Positions 52,200 through 64,000 of a stretch of DNA of 64,000 bases are shown piece after piece (the first letter of the stretch is position 1; the number at the start of each line of letters is the position of its first letter). The DNA comes from Eledone cirrhosa (taxonomy: Eukaryota), in assembly GCA_964016885.1 (NCBI GenBank), contig OZ024740.1:275404001-275468000 (forward strand), written 5' to 3'. Under the pieces are notes generated by a model. It did not search any database, was not told the DNA's origin, and saw only the letters and a program-made list of their open reading frames with translations. Position numbers and translations under genes: made by a program.

Positions 52200-52259
52200 A
52201 ACCAATAAACGTAATAAAGGAGTAACCACTCGTCCTTGTTTTATTTTATTATATGTATA

Positions 52260-52834
52260 CTAGCTAAAGTACCTGTCCTTTGGACGGTTCAAGTAGCTTT
52301 CGATGTAGCTCATTAAACTAAACAAAGTAAATTTGAATACATAGAAGAAAAACGTACTTTATGTATACATGAAAACCTTAGGCACTATTCCAGCAAAATA
52401 ATTAATATGTGATCTCAGTGTCATCCGTTATCCCATGTAATAGAAATCCAGTCTAGGTATAATTTTTTTTGACAACCTTTTGTTTCAAGTACAAAGAGTA
52501 AAGTAAAATCTGAATGAGCCAAATTGTAATAATCAAAATCCCAAAACAAAATGTTTGACATCAAAAATGAGTTCCTATTGTATTGACGAAAGATAACTCT
52601 TGTCTTACTTAATCACAAAAATTGACACAAATAACCTAAACTTTATTTAATGTCTCCAAACGCCCCAATATCGATTTTTGAAAGCCTTTGTAGATCATGT
52701 ACAGGTTTTGTGCAAGAAGAAGCTTTGCAAAAAATGTCAAAGAAATCGCATGAATGGTTTAGAATATATGAGCCCTCATTAAAAATTGTCCACACACACA
52801 CACAGAGAAAACTTCATCTTTATATATATACAGA
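52260..52834 (-). mobile_element. Non-autonomous Helitron
   Basis: Minus strand A|TC start, (GT)n, 3' hairpin ccgtccaaaggacagg, CTAG|T. Confidence 0.72.
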
Positions 52835-54864
52835 TATATTGAAATTTCTAGAAAAAAAAAGAAATTTCTACAAATTCCATACTTGACGACCCAATATGAT
52901 AAAACAGATGTAAAATCAGGATCTGTTTTTTCTTCGGTTTTTCTATGTGTTAATCAGTTAATTGAAGATTAATAAAAGTCAGTTAAATATTTGACTACAT
53001 TGCTCTTCTAATTCAATATGATTCTAGAAAACAGACAGATAGCTGAAATCAAATCTAAGAAATCCATGTATTCAACAATAATATATATCAATTAGATTCC
53101 AACTAAATAAATTCTGAGTTCTTTTAAGATGATTTTCCAAATTTTGTTTTATAAATCATCTTCTAATTTTTAAGTATTTCTCTCATTTTTCAAATTTTGT
53201 TCATTTATTTTTATTTGTCTATTTTGTTATTTGAAAGTATCCTCAGTTTTTGGCAGTGGGTGGAGGATGTGTTGGGACAGATTATTTTGAATCTAATTTA
53301 ATCTCCAATCTACAATGGTACTTCACTGATGTCCGTAACCAAATTGTTTTCAACTGACTAAAAGAGCTGAAGAATTAATGTTTCAGCTCTCTCTATATAT
53401 ATTACTTTCTCTCAGTGTTTCTATTGCTCTCACCCCAATGGTCTCTTTCATTCTTTCTCTTATTTTTCTCTCTTGCTCTTACGCCAACTGTCTCTTTCTC
53501 TCTTCATTTCTGTCTTTCCTTCTCAAGCAATTACTTTATCAGAAAAACTTTAAAATAAGCAACCCCCAAAAATAAAGATTATCAATAAATATGTAAAGAA
53601 TAAAATGAAAATTTAAAAAAATAAAAAACCTCCAAATAACACCAACCCAACTCAAAACTTAAATGATGATTACAAGATTTCCCATCACGCATTGTTATTT
53701 CAGAAACAAATATATATGAAATATTAACTTGCATTAGAAATTTTCCTTAATACCAGGTCGTTTGAAAATTGGAATTTTTTTAAATGGCTCCAATTTATAA
53801 CAAGGATTAATTAACAATTAATTTTGTTTTTGTAACCCAGTGTAAGATATCGGTCAAAGGCCAAGACTTTTGAAAATCTTATTAATCACGATTTCTCTCA
53901 AATACAAATGTTTGTTAGAGATGCGAGCTAGATAAAGAGGAACGGAGAAGAAGAATATATGACAATGTGAAAATTATTGCCTGCTTTTTGATTTTTTTTA
54001 GATATATATGAATTAAAATGAATGATTACTACTGACCCATATATGAGTATATGTGTATGCATATATATGTGTATACATATATGTGTATATATGTATACAT
54101 ACACAGATAAATATATAACTATATGTATACACATATATATAGAGAGAAAAGAGAAATGTTGTATATAATTATTACACACATACATGAACAGACACATATA
54201 TTTATCTTATATGTATGTATATCATTTATAACAAATTTATCATGTACATCTATATATATACATACATACATAAATACATACATACATATATTGATATATA
54301 AAGATAAATAAATACTTATATGTAATGTACATATAGTTATTAGTGTGTGTGTATATATATATATGTACACACATGTATAATAATATTTCTACATGTACTG
54401 ATATGCATTGATACACACACACATATCAGATTGAAATGTATCGAACTTGTACTATAATGAATACTAAATTTTGGTTGCATATATATGTATATTTATATAT
54501 ATATATTATACATATATGTATTTATATATATATATAGAGAGAGGGAGAGAGAGATACATATATGCCCACTCACACCGACATACATTATGACACATTCACA
54601 CAATCGCAAACACATATCTGCTCCAGTACATCTGCTTGATACCTTATTGATCTAGGTAGTTGAATGTGATTTGAAATAGATTTGGCTACATTTTCTTGCA
54701 AATTAAGCCAACATTTGGAAATTTCCTTGTAACTATGAAGAAGTTTTTTTCTCATTGTATATTATAAATGAGAGAGAGAGATGGGGAAGAGAGAGAATGA
54801 AGATAGCACTTAAAATTCTTGAGGTTGTGTTATCAACATACCAATAGACGTGTATTATTGCTAA

Positions 54865-55052
54865 GGGTGGTGGATTGGCAGTATCGGTAGAGGGTCGGAC
54901 GCCATGCTTTCCAGCATAGTTACGTCCCTTTACGATCTGAGTTCAAATCCCGCTGAGGTTGACTTTGCCTTTCATCCTTACGGGGTCGATAAAATAAAGT
55001 ACCAGTAATGCACTGGGTAATTGCTGGCCTTGTGCCTAAAGTAGAAACAATT
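54865..55052 (+). mobile_element. SINE family A (full length)
   Basis: Matches 32789-32982. Confidence 0.88.
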
Positions 55053-55518
55053 GTTGTTGTTTAGCCCCAGAACAGCTTTTGACAAGCAACTATATGATCA
55101 AAAGCATTTCAACTATGACTATCCTGTTTATTTTCTATGTACAGCAAACTCAGGACCACATTATCTAAAGAGTCAATTGGTAATGTGTGATTAGATGCAT
55201 TGTAGCTACTATTTTTAGCACATCAAGTTACCACATAGAGGTTATTTTACTGGCTGTAGAGAGTCTCTTGTTGGCTATGATGCTGCAAATGTAAAGGAGT
55301 ATGCTATAACTCCAGATGATTATTTTGAATCATAGCCCACTGTTTATCATTAAGTTATTACCCTTGTTTTTTTAGTTCCAAGTCAGCACTGCTTAAAGAG
55401 GCATGCAAATATTTACATTACAGCTGTAACCATACAAAACATTTGAATATAAGTTTGAAAGCAGAGGCAATGGAGAGGAGTTCCATCTAGATCCTCTCAA
55501 CAAAATCTCCAAAATGGT

Positions 55519-55744
55519 TTAACCCTTTAACATTTAATCCGGCCATATCCGGCCAGAATCTCTCACATTTTTCTGTTCAAACCAGCTATAACTGACTGCT
55601 CATACTTATGTTAAGGCATTTATCTCAAAATAAATAATATCAAAATCACGTAGATTCGATATTATGAGATAATTATGTAAGATAAAGCCTTTACAATGAA
55701 AATATAATAGTATATATAGAGTAATGTAAATGCTAAAGGGTTAA
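55519..55744 (+). mobile_element. piggyBac-type MITE with TTAA target duplication
   Basis: TTAA-ccctttaacattt ... aaatgctaaaggg-TTAA. Confidence 0.87.
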
Positions 55745-56989
55745 ATACATGTCTCCAGCATCCAAATGGCTAAATGTCAGCGGAAGGGCACCCAGGAGTC
55801 ATGACCTGGATGCAGCCTGGCCCCCTTAGAATGTAAGAAATTAAGGGCTAAAATACTTTTTTGAGTTGGAGTGGGGGGGATCTTCTCTGAAGACCTGCTG
55901 TCCAGTTCTCCTGAGAATTGCTTACCACTGCTGCCTGAATAAAAGACAGCATGTTAAGGGACAGAACAGCATTGATTATAGATCTATTGGATCTGGAATA
56001 ATCTGCATTTGGACTTAATGACTGTAAATTACCTTTATCACAACTTTCTTGCTTCACTCATCTCTTTTCCTTGTGCTACTTCTATTAATCCTACCAGCCT
56101 TAACCTTCTACTTTCTGTGAAGTCTTATTAAGAATGCCTTCTTTTGTAACATACTCAACTGTAAGCTTGCTTCCACTGACCTTAAAATGTTCAAACTGAA
56201 TATTAGAAGTGTTAATTTATCTTCAGCCGCCTCTATCTCTTAGATTAAATAGATCTGAAGAGGTTATAGACGATGACCCATCATCCAAAATCAAACACAA
56301 GTCAATAGAGAGATGCCACCTCTATGTGTTTTCTCAATTTTCTAGAAACTTGTTTGATCATACGCCCACTCTGCTAGACCTGATCTGAAGCTAAGTAAAC
56401 AGTAACTACAACAACAACAGCATATTAAACACTGTTGTGTGAGATATACCAATGCATTACAATTAATTGTGGCCTACTTTCTTCTAATAGAATATGAGAA
56501 TATCATCAAAAATGGAGGTCTCTGATTTCTGTGCTATAAACTTTGCTGCCTTTATCATGGTCAATGTCATTGTTCCCATAATTCCTTCCTCAACATTCTT
56601 TGAAATATAGCAATCTATCTCTCTCATACACACACCCACACACACATATATATATATATGTATATATGAGAGATATAAACACACAAACACACAAACATAG
56701 GCACACATTGAAAATTGCCTATATCTCCCTAACTTAGATAAATGGATAAATGGGTTTCTTTAATTGATCATTTTTATCACTCCTGTGCAAATAAGATGAT
56801 TCTTTCAAAGAATTCTATTATACACACATTCATTCAAACACACAAACACACACACACATACATACAGACACACATATATATACATATATTTATATATATA
56901 CATATATTTATATATATACATATATATATATATAAATGGAAAGAATGAAACGAAATTTCATTTCTCACTCTTAGTACGGCTGTTACTTA

Positions 56990-57304
56990 AATATAAGTAT
57001 GTATACGTACATACATATATGTATACAGACGTACAGTAGTATGTATATATATACATACATGCACACATATATATCTAATAAGTTTGAAACTATTACATCG
57101 TTCCTTTGTCAGTGTTTAACAAAAGGGCAACGATGGTTGCTAAACACTGTACGGCTTAATTCGGGATGTTTGTTTACAAACAAACCAAGCATTATAATAA
57201 ATGTTCGGTAAATCCATACGTACATATATATGTGTGTGCATGTATGTATATATATACATACTAGTGTACGTCTGTATACATATAAGTATGTACGTATACA
57301 TGCT

Positions 57305-57310
<6 letters not shown>
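56990..57310. repeat. Fold-back with ~80-bp arms and ~150-bp spacer
   Basis: atataagtatgtatacgtacata..tgtatacagacgtaca vs tgtacgtctgtataca..gtatgtacgtatacatgcttatat. Confidence 0.7.
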
Positions 57311-57572
<262 letters not shown>

Positions 57573-57919
57573 TGCATGTATATGTGTGTACTGTTATGCA
57601 TAATTCCTTAAAATCTGCCATGATGCAAAACCCACTAAGATGAAAAATAGCTGCTTTTCATTTTTCCTTGTTGATTTATAATTATTATCATAATGATTGT
57701 CATTGCTGTTGCTGTTGTTGTTATTGGTAGTAATTGTAGTATTAGTATTAGTATTAGAGAGATATTGTTGTGTTTTGATATCAACAAAACAGAAAAGTGA
57801 TTATGAAACTAGGCAAAAGATATAGAACTAGCCAGTGATATAAATAAAAAATAAAAAAATGTACATACATATGTCTATAAATATATATATATATATATAT
57901 ACATATTTATATATATGTA

Positions 57920-57952
<33 letters not shown>

Positions 57953-57971
57953 ATATATAAATGTTTATTTA

Positions 57972-58018
<47 letters not shown>

Positions 58019-58847
58019 CTATATATATATATTATAAAGTTTCATTAATAAATTTGATCTTGTTCTAGATGTAGTCGAGATTAAATTTGGGTAACCTAAA
58101 TATTGAACGGTGTGCTTTATCTGGATAGATTACATATAGTCTGGCTTCATGCCATCCAGTTCAGTCTGAGACCTACTACTATTTATTCACACTTGCTGCA
58201 CATAACCATAAACAAAGAAATCCACCAAGACTCTTGTTCCATGGAATATTATTCTTTCATTGGTTTCACTCATTGGACTGTGGCCATGTTGAAATCCTAA
58301 CTTCAAGGGTATTAGTTGATTATATCATCTCCTACTGCTTTGTCTAAGACTTATTTTATCGACCTCTCAAGAGGATGAGTATGAAAATCAACCTAGGAAG
58401 AATTTGACCTTAGAATGTCCAGGGATGTAACCAAATCTCACACAGCTCTCTCTGGGGCTCCACCTAGTCTGATCTGTCATACATTTGCCAATTCACACTT
58501 ATCTCTCTCTCTTTTTCTTAAATGAGAGCAAGAGAGAGAGAGAGATCCAGTACGCCTCCATATAGTTTCCATCAGACAAATTTCTCTCACAGTACAATTC
58601 AATATAATATAGTTATAATACAAATAGTAACAACAATAATAATAATAATAAGGATAATAATAATAATGATGATAATAATAAGGGAAGAAGACGCACGAGG
58701 TGTCGGAGGTCATGAAATCGCTCCCGTAAGTTTTGAATTTTTAACATATTTAAATCATTTGTGAAATAACAACTCTTAGTACAAATGCTACGTAAAGCAC
58801 CCGGCTTGAGCCCCAAAAAAATTCGGACCCAAAATATATTGTTATAA

Positions 58848-59492
58848 GGCTCAAATATTCAAATATTCAACTTTGTATTGTACACTGTATATCCAAAAAA
58901 AAATGGCTATAAATGGAAGAAGAAGAACCCCCCCCCCCCTCCTCTCCTCTGGCTACACTATATAGGACAGCTAAACTCACCAACACCAGAAACTAGATAC
59001 ACCACCCACCCCATCATCTGTGTACACTAAACACAACAGCATTTTCACCTTCACCGCCACCGCTCACTACGGCCATCATTACCACCACTATCCCATCACC
59101 GCCGCCACCACCCCTTGACTCCTTCACTGCTGCTGCCACCGCTACAGCACCATCACTACAGTAATACGGCTCAAATATTCAAATATTCAACTTTGTATTG
59201 TACACTGTATATCCAAAAAAAAAATAAAGTGGCTATAAATGGAAGAAGAAGAACCCCCCCCCCCTCCTCTCCTCTGGCTACACTATATAGGACAGCGAAA
59301 CTCACCAACACCAGAAACTAGATACACCACCCACCCCATCATCTGTGTACACTAAATACAACAGCATTTTCACCTTCACCGCCACCGCTCACTATGGCCA
59401 TCATTACCACCACTATCCCATCACCGCCGCCACCACCCCCTGACTCCTTCACTGCTGCTGCCACCGCTACAGCACCATCACTACAGTAATAC
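58848..59492 (+). repeat. Two near-identical ~320-bp tandem units in the 5' region of the Dong-like insertion
   Basis: 58848-59167 vs 59168-59492, both starting ggctcaaatattcaaatattc. Confidence 0.92.
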
Positions 59493-60064
59493 GGTCGCAT
59501 CACCGCCACCACTGCCTCGGCATCGACATCACCACCACCACTGTCTCAGTATCGCCAACGCCGCCAGTCTCTGCTGGCTACCACTTCCACATTATAGAAT
59601 TCCTACTACTAACAAAGAGGAAGGCATCAAAATATATAGATAGACTCAAAAGAAAAAAGAAAAAACAAACAACAAAAGCAGCACAGCAACAACAGTAAAA
59701 AACGAGAAAAACAGAGAAAAACAAAAACAAAAAAAAGAAACCCCAAAAACGTAAAGAAAATAAGAATGAAGAGAGAAGCAGGCGGACGGACAGAGAAGAG
59801 GGGGGAAAAAGTAAAACTTAAAAAACAAAAACTAAGTCAGACATTCGAATACTACATTACAATGAAACTTATGCTTATTCATTTTTGGGGCCCTTTCTGC
59901 CCGTGTGTTTGTTTGTTTATGTGTGTCCGTATACAGCGTGGTGATAATGCCACACAAGGGCCAAGTGGGATGGCGGATCCACAGATGGCTATGTAAACAT
60001 ACATTCGCCAATCCTCGATAAGAGTGTTTAAATATCGAACATAAACAGTTCGAATATCGGTGAA

Positions 60065-60313
60065 ATGGAGACTAGAACGTCATGTGACAGACTCTCACCC
60101 AACAGGTGCCCCCTGGCTCAGCAGCAGGAACCTGACTGTCAACCAAATACTGCTGATGTTGGAGGAAGAAGAAGAAGGAAAGGGGCCAGAACCAACTGGA
60201 CGAAAGAATTGAATAGAACTGTTATGCAATGCTACCTGAAAAGTAACCCCAAGGAGAGGGGCTACAGGAGACGGATGCATAACATCTGGAACGAGATTGG
60301 TTTATTTAAATAA
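60065..60313 (+). CDS. N-terminal nucleic-acid-binding segment of the R4/Dong ORF, separated from the rest by one in-frame TAA
   Basis: WTKELN..VM.CY.KS.P..RGYRRRM..IW motif typical of R4/Dong N-termini; same frame as 60326. Confidence 0.7.
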   Translation: METRTSCDRLSPNRCPLAQQQEPDCQPNTADVGGRRRRKGARTNWTKELNRTVMQCYLKSNPKERGYRRRMHNIWNEIGLFK

Positions 60314-60325
60314 GATGAACAAAAA

Positions 60326-63300
60326 TTGGCCGGGCAGGCTCGGGTAATAAGAACTAATGGGTGGATAAGCGAGCTGGAACTGGAGGAACTGAGCAGAGAG
60401 AATGGCTTGGAGATGGCGGGTGTAGTATGCCAGACAAGCGAGCCGGCGGGAAATGAAGGTGAGGAGGTCCTGAGAACGGAGGAACCACCCGAAGCAGACA
60501 ATGATCTGAATACTGAGATAAATAATACCTGGAACAGAGATACGGCCACTGAGGAGATGAATGCTGACGGGCTAGGACAAGATTCGGTTGACATCCTAAA
60601 TTTAGTGGTAGATGAGTTGAACAATGATAGTGGGAGACCTATGAACCTAAGATTTGTAGACAGGAAAAAGTTAAAAGAAACAACAGCTAAGGTAAACAAA
60701 GTCATCCCATACCTTGAGGCGAGGAGTCTTCACCAGTGCAACAATATCCTCAAAGCAACAGCAAATACGGTGAGGAAACTACTTGGTATAAAAGCGAGAG
60801 GAAACAACAGACAAGAAAGAGCAGAGCCGTGGTGGAAGAAGCGACTGAGTGGGCAAATCGGGGAAATGAGAAATGACATAGGAAAGCTTGAGTCACTACT
60901 GAATGGGACACTAAAAAACATAGGCACTAAAAATAGACTGGAAATAAAATACAAAACTAGGAGTAAAAAGCTAAATATTATCATAGAGGAATTGAAGCAA
61001 CGCATTGTAGCAAAGAGTGCCAAAATCAGGCGATACGAGAACAGAGTCAGTCAGTATAAACAGAACCGCATGTTCGACAACAACCAGAAGATGCTGTTTG
61101 GACAGCTTGAGGGGAAAGAAAGAGGCAACGACTTGATCCCTGGGGCGGAACAAGCTAAAACATTCTGGAGAGGAATATGGGAGCAGGATGTTAGACACAA
61201 TGCCCAGGCAGGGTGGATTGAGACAGTACAGAGGGAGATCGGTGAGCAGGCACAGCAACAGACTGATTTGAGTATCACAGTTGAAACTCTTAAGGGGCAA
61301 GCCAAAAAACTAACCAACTGGAAATCACCAGGCCCAGATGGTGTGCAGGGGTATTGGATTAAACATTTAACATCCCTCCACCCGAAGCTGACGGCCATGT
61401 TCAATGACTGCTTGGTGTCGGGTGAGGTGCCAGAGTGGTTGACAAAAGGTACTACAGTTCTGATAATGAAAGACCGAATCAAGGGTAATGATGTTACCAA
61501 CTATAGACCTATCACATGTCTGCCCGTAATGTGGAAACTGTTGACGAGCATTGTGTCTGAGGAAATCTACCATCACCTCCACACAAACAACTTGTTGCCG
61601 GACGAACAGAAAGGATGCCGAAAGAAGTCACGTGGTACAAAGGACCAGTTGCTTATTGATAAGATGGTAATGGGGAATTGCAGGAGGAGACACACTGATC
61701 TTGCCATGGGATGGATAGACTACAGAAAGGCATTTGACATGGTGCCTCATTCCTGGATCACCAAAAGCCTGGAGATCTTCAGGGTGGCAGATAACATCAG
61801 ACAGTTGCTGGGCAGGAGTATGGGGTCCTGGGAGACAGAGTTGACATCAACTGGAGTATCCTTGGGAAGCGTGAAGATCAAGAGAGGTATCTTCCAGGGA
61901 GATAGCCTGTCCCCTCTGTTGTTTGTCCTTGCCCTGATGCCCTTGACCATTATGCTGCGAAAAGTGAGAGCAGGATACAAGTTGGGAAGGGGAGAGCTTA
62001 CCATCAATCACCTCCTCTTCATGGACGATCTTAAGCTCTTCGGGAAAAGTGAGAAGGAGTTGGATGTGCTTGTTGACACTGTCCGTATTTTCAGCAGTGA
62101 TATATGTATGCAGTTTGGTATTGGTAAATGTGGAGTCATTGTGATGAGGAGGGGTAGGTTGAGCAGAAGTAACGGGATCCAGATACCAACAGGTGAGATG
62201 ATAAAGGAAATTGACTCTGAGGAAAGATACAAGTATTTGGGCGTTCTGGAGGCTGATGGCATAAAGAACAAAAAAATGAAGGAATTGTTAAGAACTGAAT
62301 ACATTCGGAGAGTAAGGAGCGTATTGAAGTCACATCTGAACAGCAGAAATGCCATAAGCGCAGTAAATTCCCGAGCTGTGTCTATTATTAGGTACAGTGC
62401 GGGAATTCTGAGATGGAATGTTGCTGAACAAAAAGAAATGGATAGGAAGACTAGGAAGCTATTGACTATCTACAACATGTTCCACAAGAGGAGTGATGTC
62501 GATAGACTCTACCTAAGGAGATCTGAGGGTGGAAGAGGTCTTATCAGCATAGAGGACTGTGTTCAGATGGAGAAAAACAACCTATACAAATACGTGACCT
62601 ATAGTAAGGAGCCAATGCTCAGAGCTGTACTGAAGGAGGGGACAGTAGGCCAGGGGATACCCAAGGAGGAAATAACATCAAGGAGGAAGAGCAGCCTTGA
62701 GGGAAAATCCCTTCATAGTACCTTCTTTGAGAAAACTGAATTTAGAGATCCACAGACATGGAACTGGTTGAGAAGAGGAGACCTCAAAAAGGCTACAGAA
62801 GGAATGCTAATGGCTGCGCAGGAGCAGGCCCTCAAAACGAAGTGGTTGAAGCACCATATCTACAAGGAGGAGGCCAGCCCACTGTGCAGGATCTGTGGAG
62901 AGAGAGAGGAGACTGTGGCTCACATTGTGTCCGAGTGTAAACACCTAGCCCAGACCCACTATAAGGGCTGGAGACACGATGTGATGGGCAGGGTGATCCA
63001 CTGGCACCTGTGCAAAGTAAACAATCTACCACATTCTGAGAAATGGTATGAGCATAGGCCAGAGGCGGTGATGGAGAACAGTCAGGTGAAGGTGCTGTGG
63101 GATTTTAGGATACAGACGGACAAAAAACTGGAACACAATAGACCTGACCTGGTGGTTGTGGACAAAGAAAAAAGATCGTGCCTGATTGTGGATGTGGCCT
63201 GCCCGTTCGACACGAGAGTGCAAGAGAAGGAGAGGGAGAAAATTAACCGATACCAGGACCTAAAGTGGGAGGTGAAAAGGATTTGGAACTGCCATGAAGT

Positions 63301-63457
63301 CAAAGTGATCCCGATTGTCATAGGCGCACTGGGGACTATCTCCAAAGGTTTCCAGGGATGGTTAAAGAAAATCGGCCCCTTCACGCTTTTTGGAACGCTT
63401 CAAAAGGCATGCTTGCTTGGAACGGCAAGAACCCTCCGATACGTCCTGAATATCTGA
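60326..63457 (+). CDS. R4/Dong-type polyprotein: reverse transcriptase, CCHC zinc knuckle, restriction-like endonuclease
   Basis: WKSPGPDG, NYRPITCL, EQKG, WIDYRKAFDMVPH, GIFQGDSLSP, HLLFMDDL, YKYLG, CRICGEREETVAHIVSEC, RHD, RPDLVVVDK...IVDVACP...EKINRY. Confidence 0.95.
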   Translation: MAGQARVIRTNGWISELELEELSRENGLEMAGVVCQTSEPAGNEGEEVLRTEEPPEADNDLNTEINNTWNRDTATEEMNADGLGQDSVDILNLVVDELNNDSGRPMNLRFVDRKKLKETTAKVNKVIPYLEARSLHQCNNILKATANTVRKLLGIKARGNNRQERAEPWWKKRLSGQIGEMRNDIGKLESLLNGTLKNIGTKNRLEIKYKTRSKKLNIIIEELKQRIVAKSAKIRRYENRVSQYKQNRMFDNNQKMLFGQLEGKERGNDLIPGAEQAKTFWRGIWEQDVRHNAQAGWIETVQREIGEQAQQQTDLSITVETLKGQAKKLTNWKSPGPDGVQGYWIKHLTSLHPKLTAMFNDCLVSGEVPEWLTKGTTVLIMKDRIKGNDVTNYRPITCLPVMWKLLTSIVSEEIYHHLHTNNLLPDEQKGCRKKSRGTKDQLLIDKMVMGNCRRRHTDLAMGWIDYRKAFDMVPHSWITKSLEIFRVADNIRQLLGRSMGSWETELTSTGVSLGSVKIKRGIFQGDSLSPLLFVLALMPLTIMLRKVRAGYKLGRGELTINHLLFMDDLKLFGKSEKELDVLVDTVRIFSSDICMQFGIGKCGVIVMRRGRLSRSNGIQIPTGEMIKEIDSEERYKYLGVLEADGIKNKKMKELLRTEYIRRVRSVLKSHLNSRNAISAVNSRAVSIIRYSAGILRWNVAEQKEMDRKTRKLLTIYNMFHKRSDVDRLYLRRSEGGRGLISIEDCVQMEKNNLYKYVTYSKEPMLRAVLKEGTVGQGIPKEEITSRRKSSLEGKSLHSTFFEKTEFRDPQTWNWLRRGDLKKATEGMLMAAQEQALKTKWLKHHIYKEEASPLCRICGEREETVAHIVSECKHLAQTHYKGWRHDVMGRVIHWHLCKVNNLPHSEKWYEHRPEAVMENSQVKVLWDFRIQTDKKLEHNRPDLVVVDKEKRSCLIVDVACPFDTRVQEKEREKINRYQDLKWEVKRIWNCHEVKVIPIVIGALGTISKGFQGWLKKIGPFTLFGTLQKACLLGTARTLRYVLNI

Positions 63458-63564
63458 GGCTGCAGGTAGTGGCTTGATATTCAATCCAACGGACTTTCCA
63501 GTTAACCAACATCAATGACTGAGATTCAAGGAATAACAATAACAATAATAATAATGATGATAAT

Positions 63565-63937
63565 AATAATTGTTTCTACTTTTGGCACAAGGCCAGCAAT
63601 TATCCTAGTGCATTACTGGTACTTTATTTTATCGAGTCCGTAAGGATGAAAGGCAAAGTTAACCTCGGCGGGATTTGAACTCAGAATTGAAAGGGCCGTA
63701 ACTCTATGCGTCAAAGCATGGCGTCCGACCCTCATAAGGATGATAATAATAATTGTTTCTACTATTGGCACAAGGCCAGCAATTATCCCAGTGCATTACT
63801 GGTACTTTATTTTATCGACCCCATAGGTATGAAAGGCAAAGTTAATCTCGGCGGGATTTGAACCCAAAGTGTAAAGGGGCGTAACTCTAATTCTGCAAAG
63901 CATGGCATCTGACCCTCTACTGATACTGCTAATCCAC
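63565..63937 (-). mobile_element. Two SINE family A copies
   Basis: 63565-63733 and 63750-63937, reverse complement of 32789-32982. Confidence 0.88.
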
Positions 63938-64000
63938 AATAATAATTTCTTTATTGGCCACTAGAGCCTTCATATTGGCGACAATACCAAAAAACCCAGG

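Larger units (their letters stand above)
58682..63543 (+). mobile_element. R4/Dong-clade non-LTR retrotransposon, apparently full length, in a (TAA)n target
   Basis: 26-bp direct repeat aataataataatgatgataataataa at 58656-58681 and 63544-63569; single long ORF with RT and RLE; short 3' UTR. Confidence 0.85.

Noticed and set aside
55850-56400. Possible old LINE 3' remnant or host exon
   Set aside because: Only vague resemblance; no motif or splice structure I can support by eye
60095-63384. Minus-strand and alternate-frame ORFs over the Dong element
   Set aside because: Shadow ORFs of the long RT frame with no independent motifs

Overview
AT-rich, microsatellite-dense eukaryotic DNA with no convincing host gene. 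The repeat mix suggests an octopus/cephalopod-like genome, but that is inference. Most short ORFs in the track are translations of (AT)n, (GT)n or (AG)n tracts. The window is a transposon patchwork. (1) A nearly intact R4/Dong-clade non-LTR retrotransposon (58682-63543) with RT, CCHC knuckle and restriction-like endonuclease, inserted in a (TAA)n tract with a 26-bp target-site duplication. It has one in-frame stop and an atypical HDV-ribozyme-like fold upstream of the ORF. (2) Several RTE-clade LINE fragments. (3) Two tRNA-derived SINE families. (4) piggyBac-, mariner- and hAT-type MITEs, an internally deleted Tc1/mariner element and four non-autonomous Helitrons. The most notable signal is a dispersed set of at least eight sequence-diverse minimal hammerhead-ribozyme motifs, some with the U3-A8 core covariation. 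They lie in (TA)n-embedded modules and at the ends of fold-back (inverted-repeat) elements that look like non-autonomous Penelope-like retroelements. The largest has ~1-kb arms with outward-facing hammerheads (48903-51446). All structures were read by eye and none is experimentally validated.
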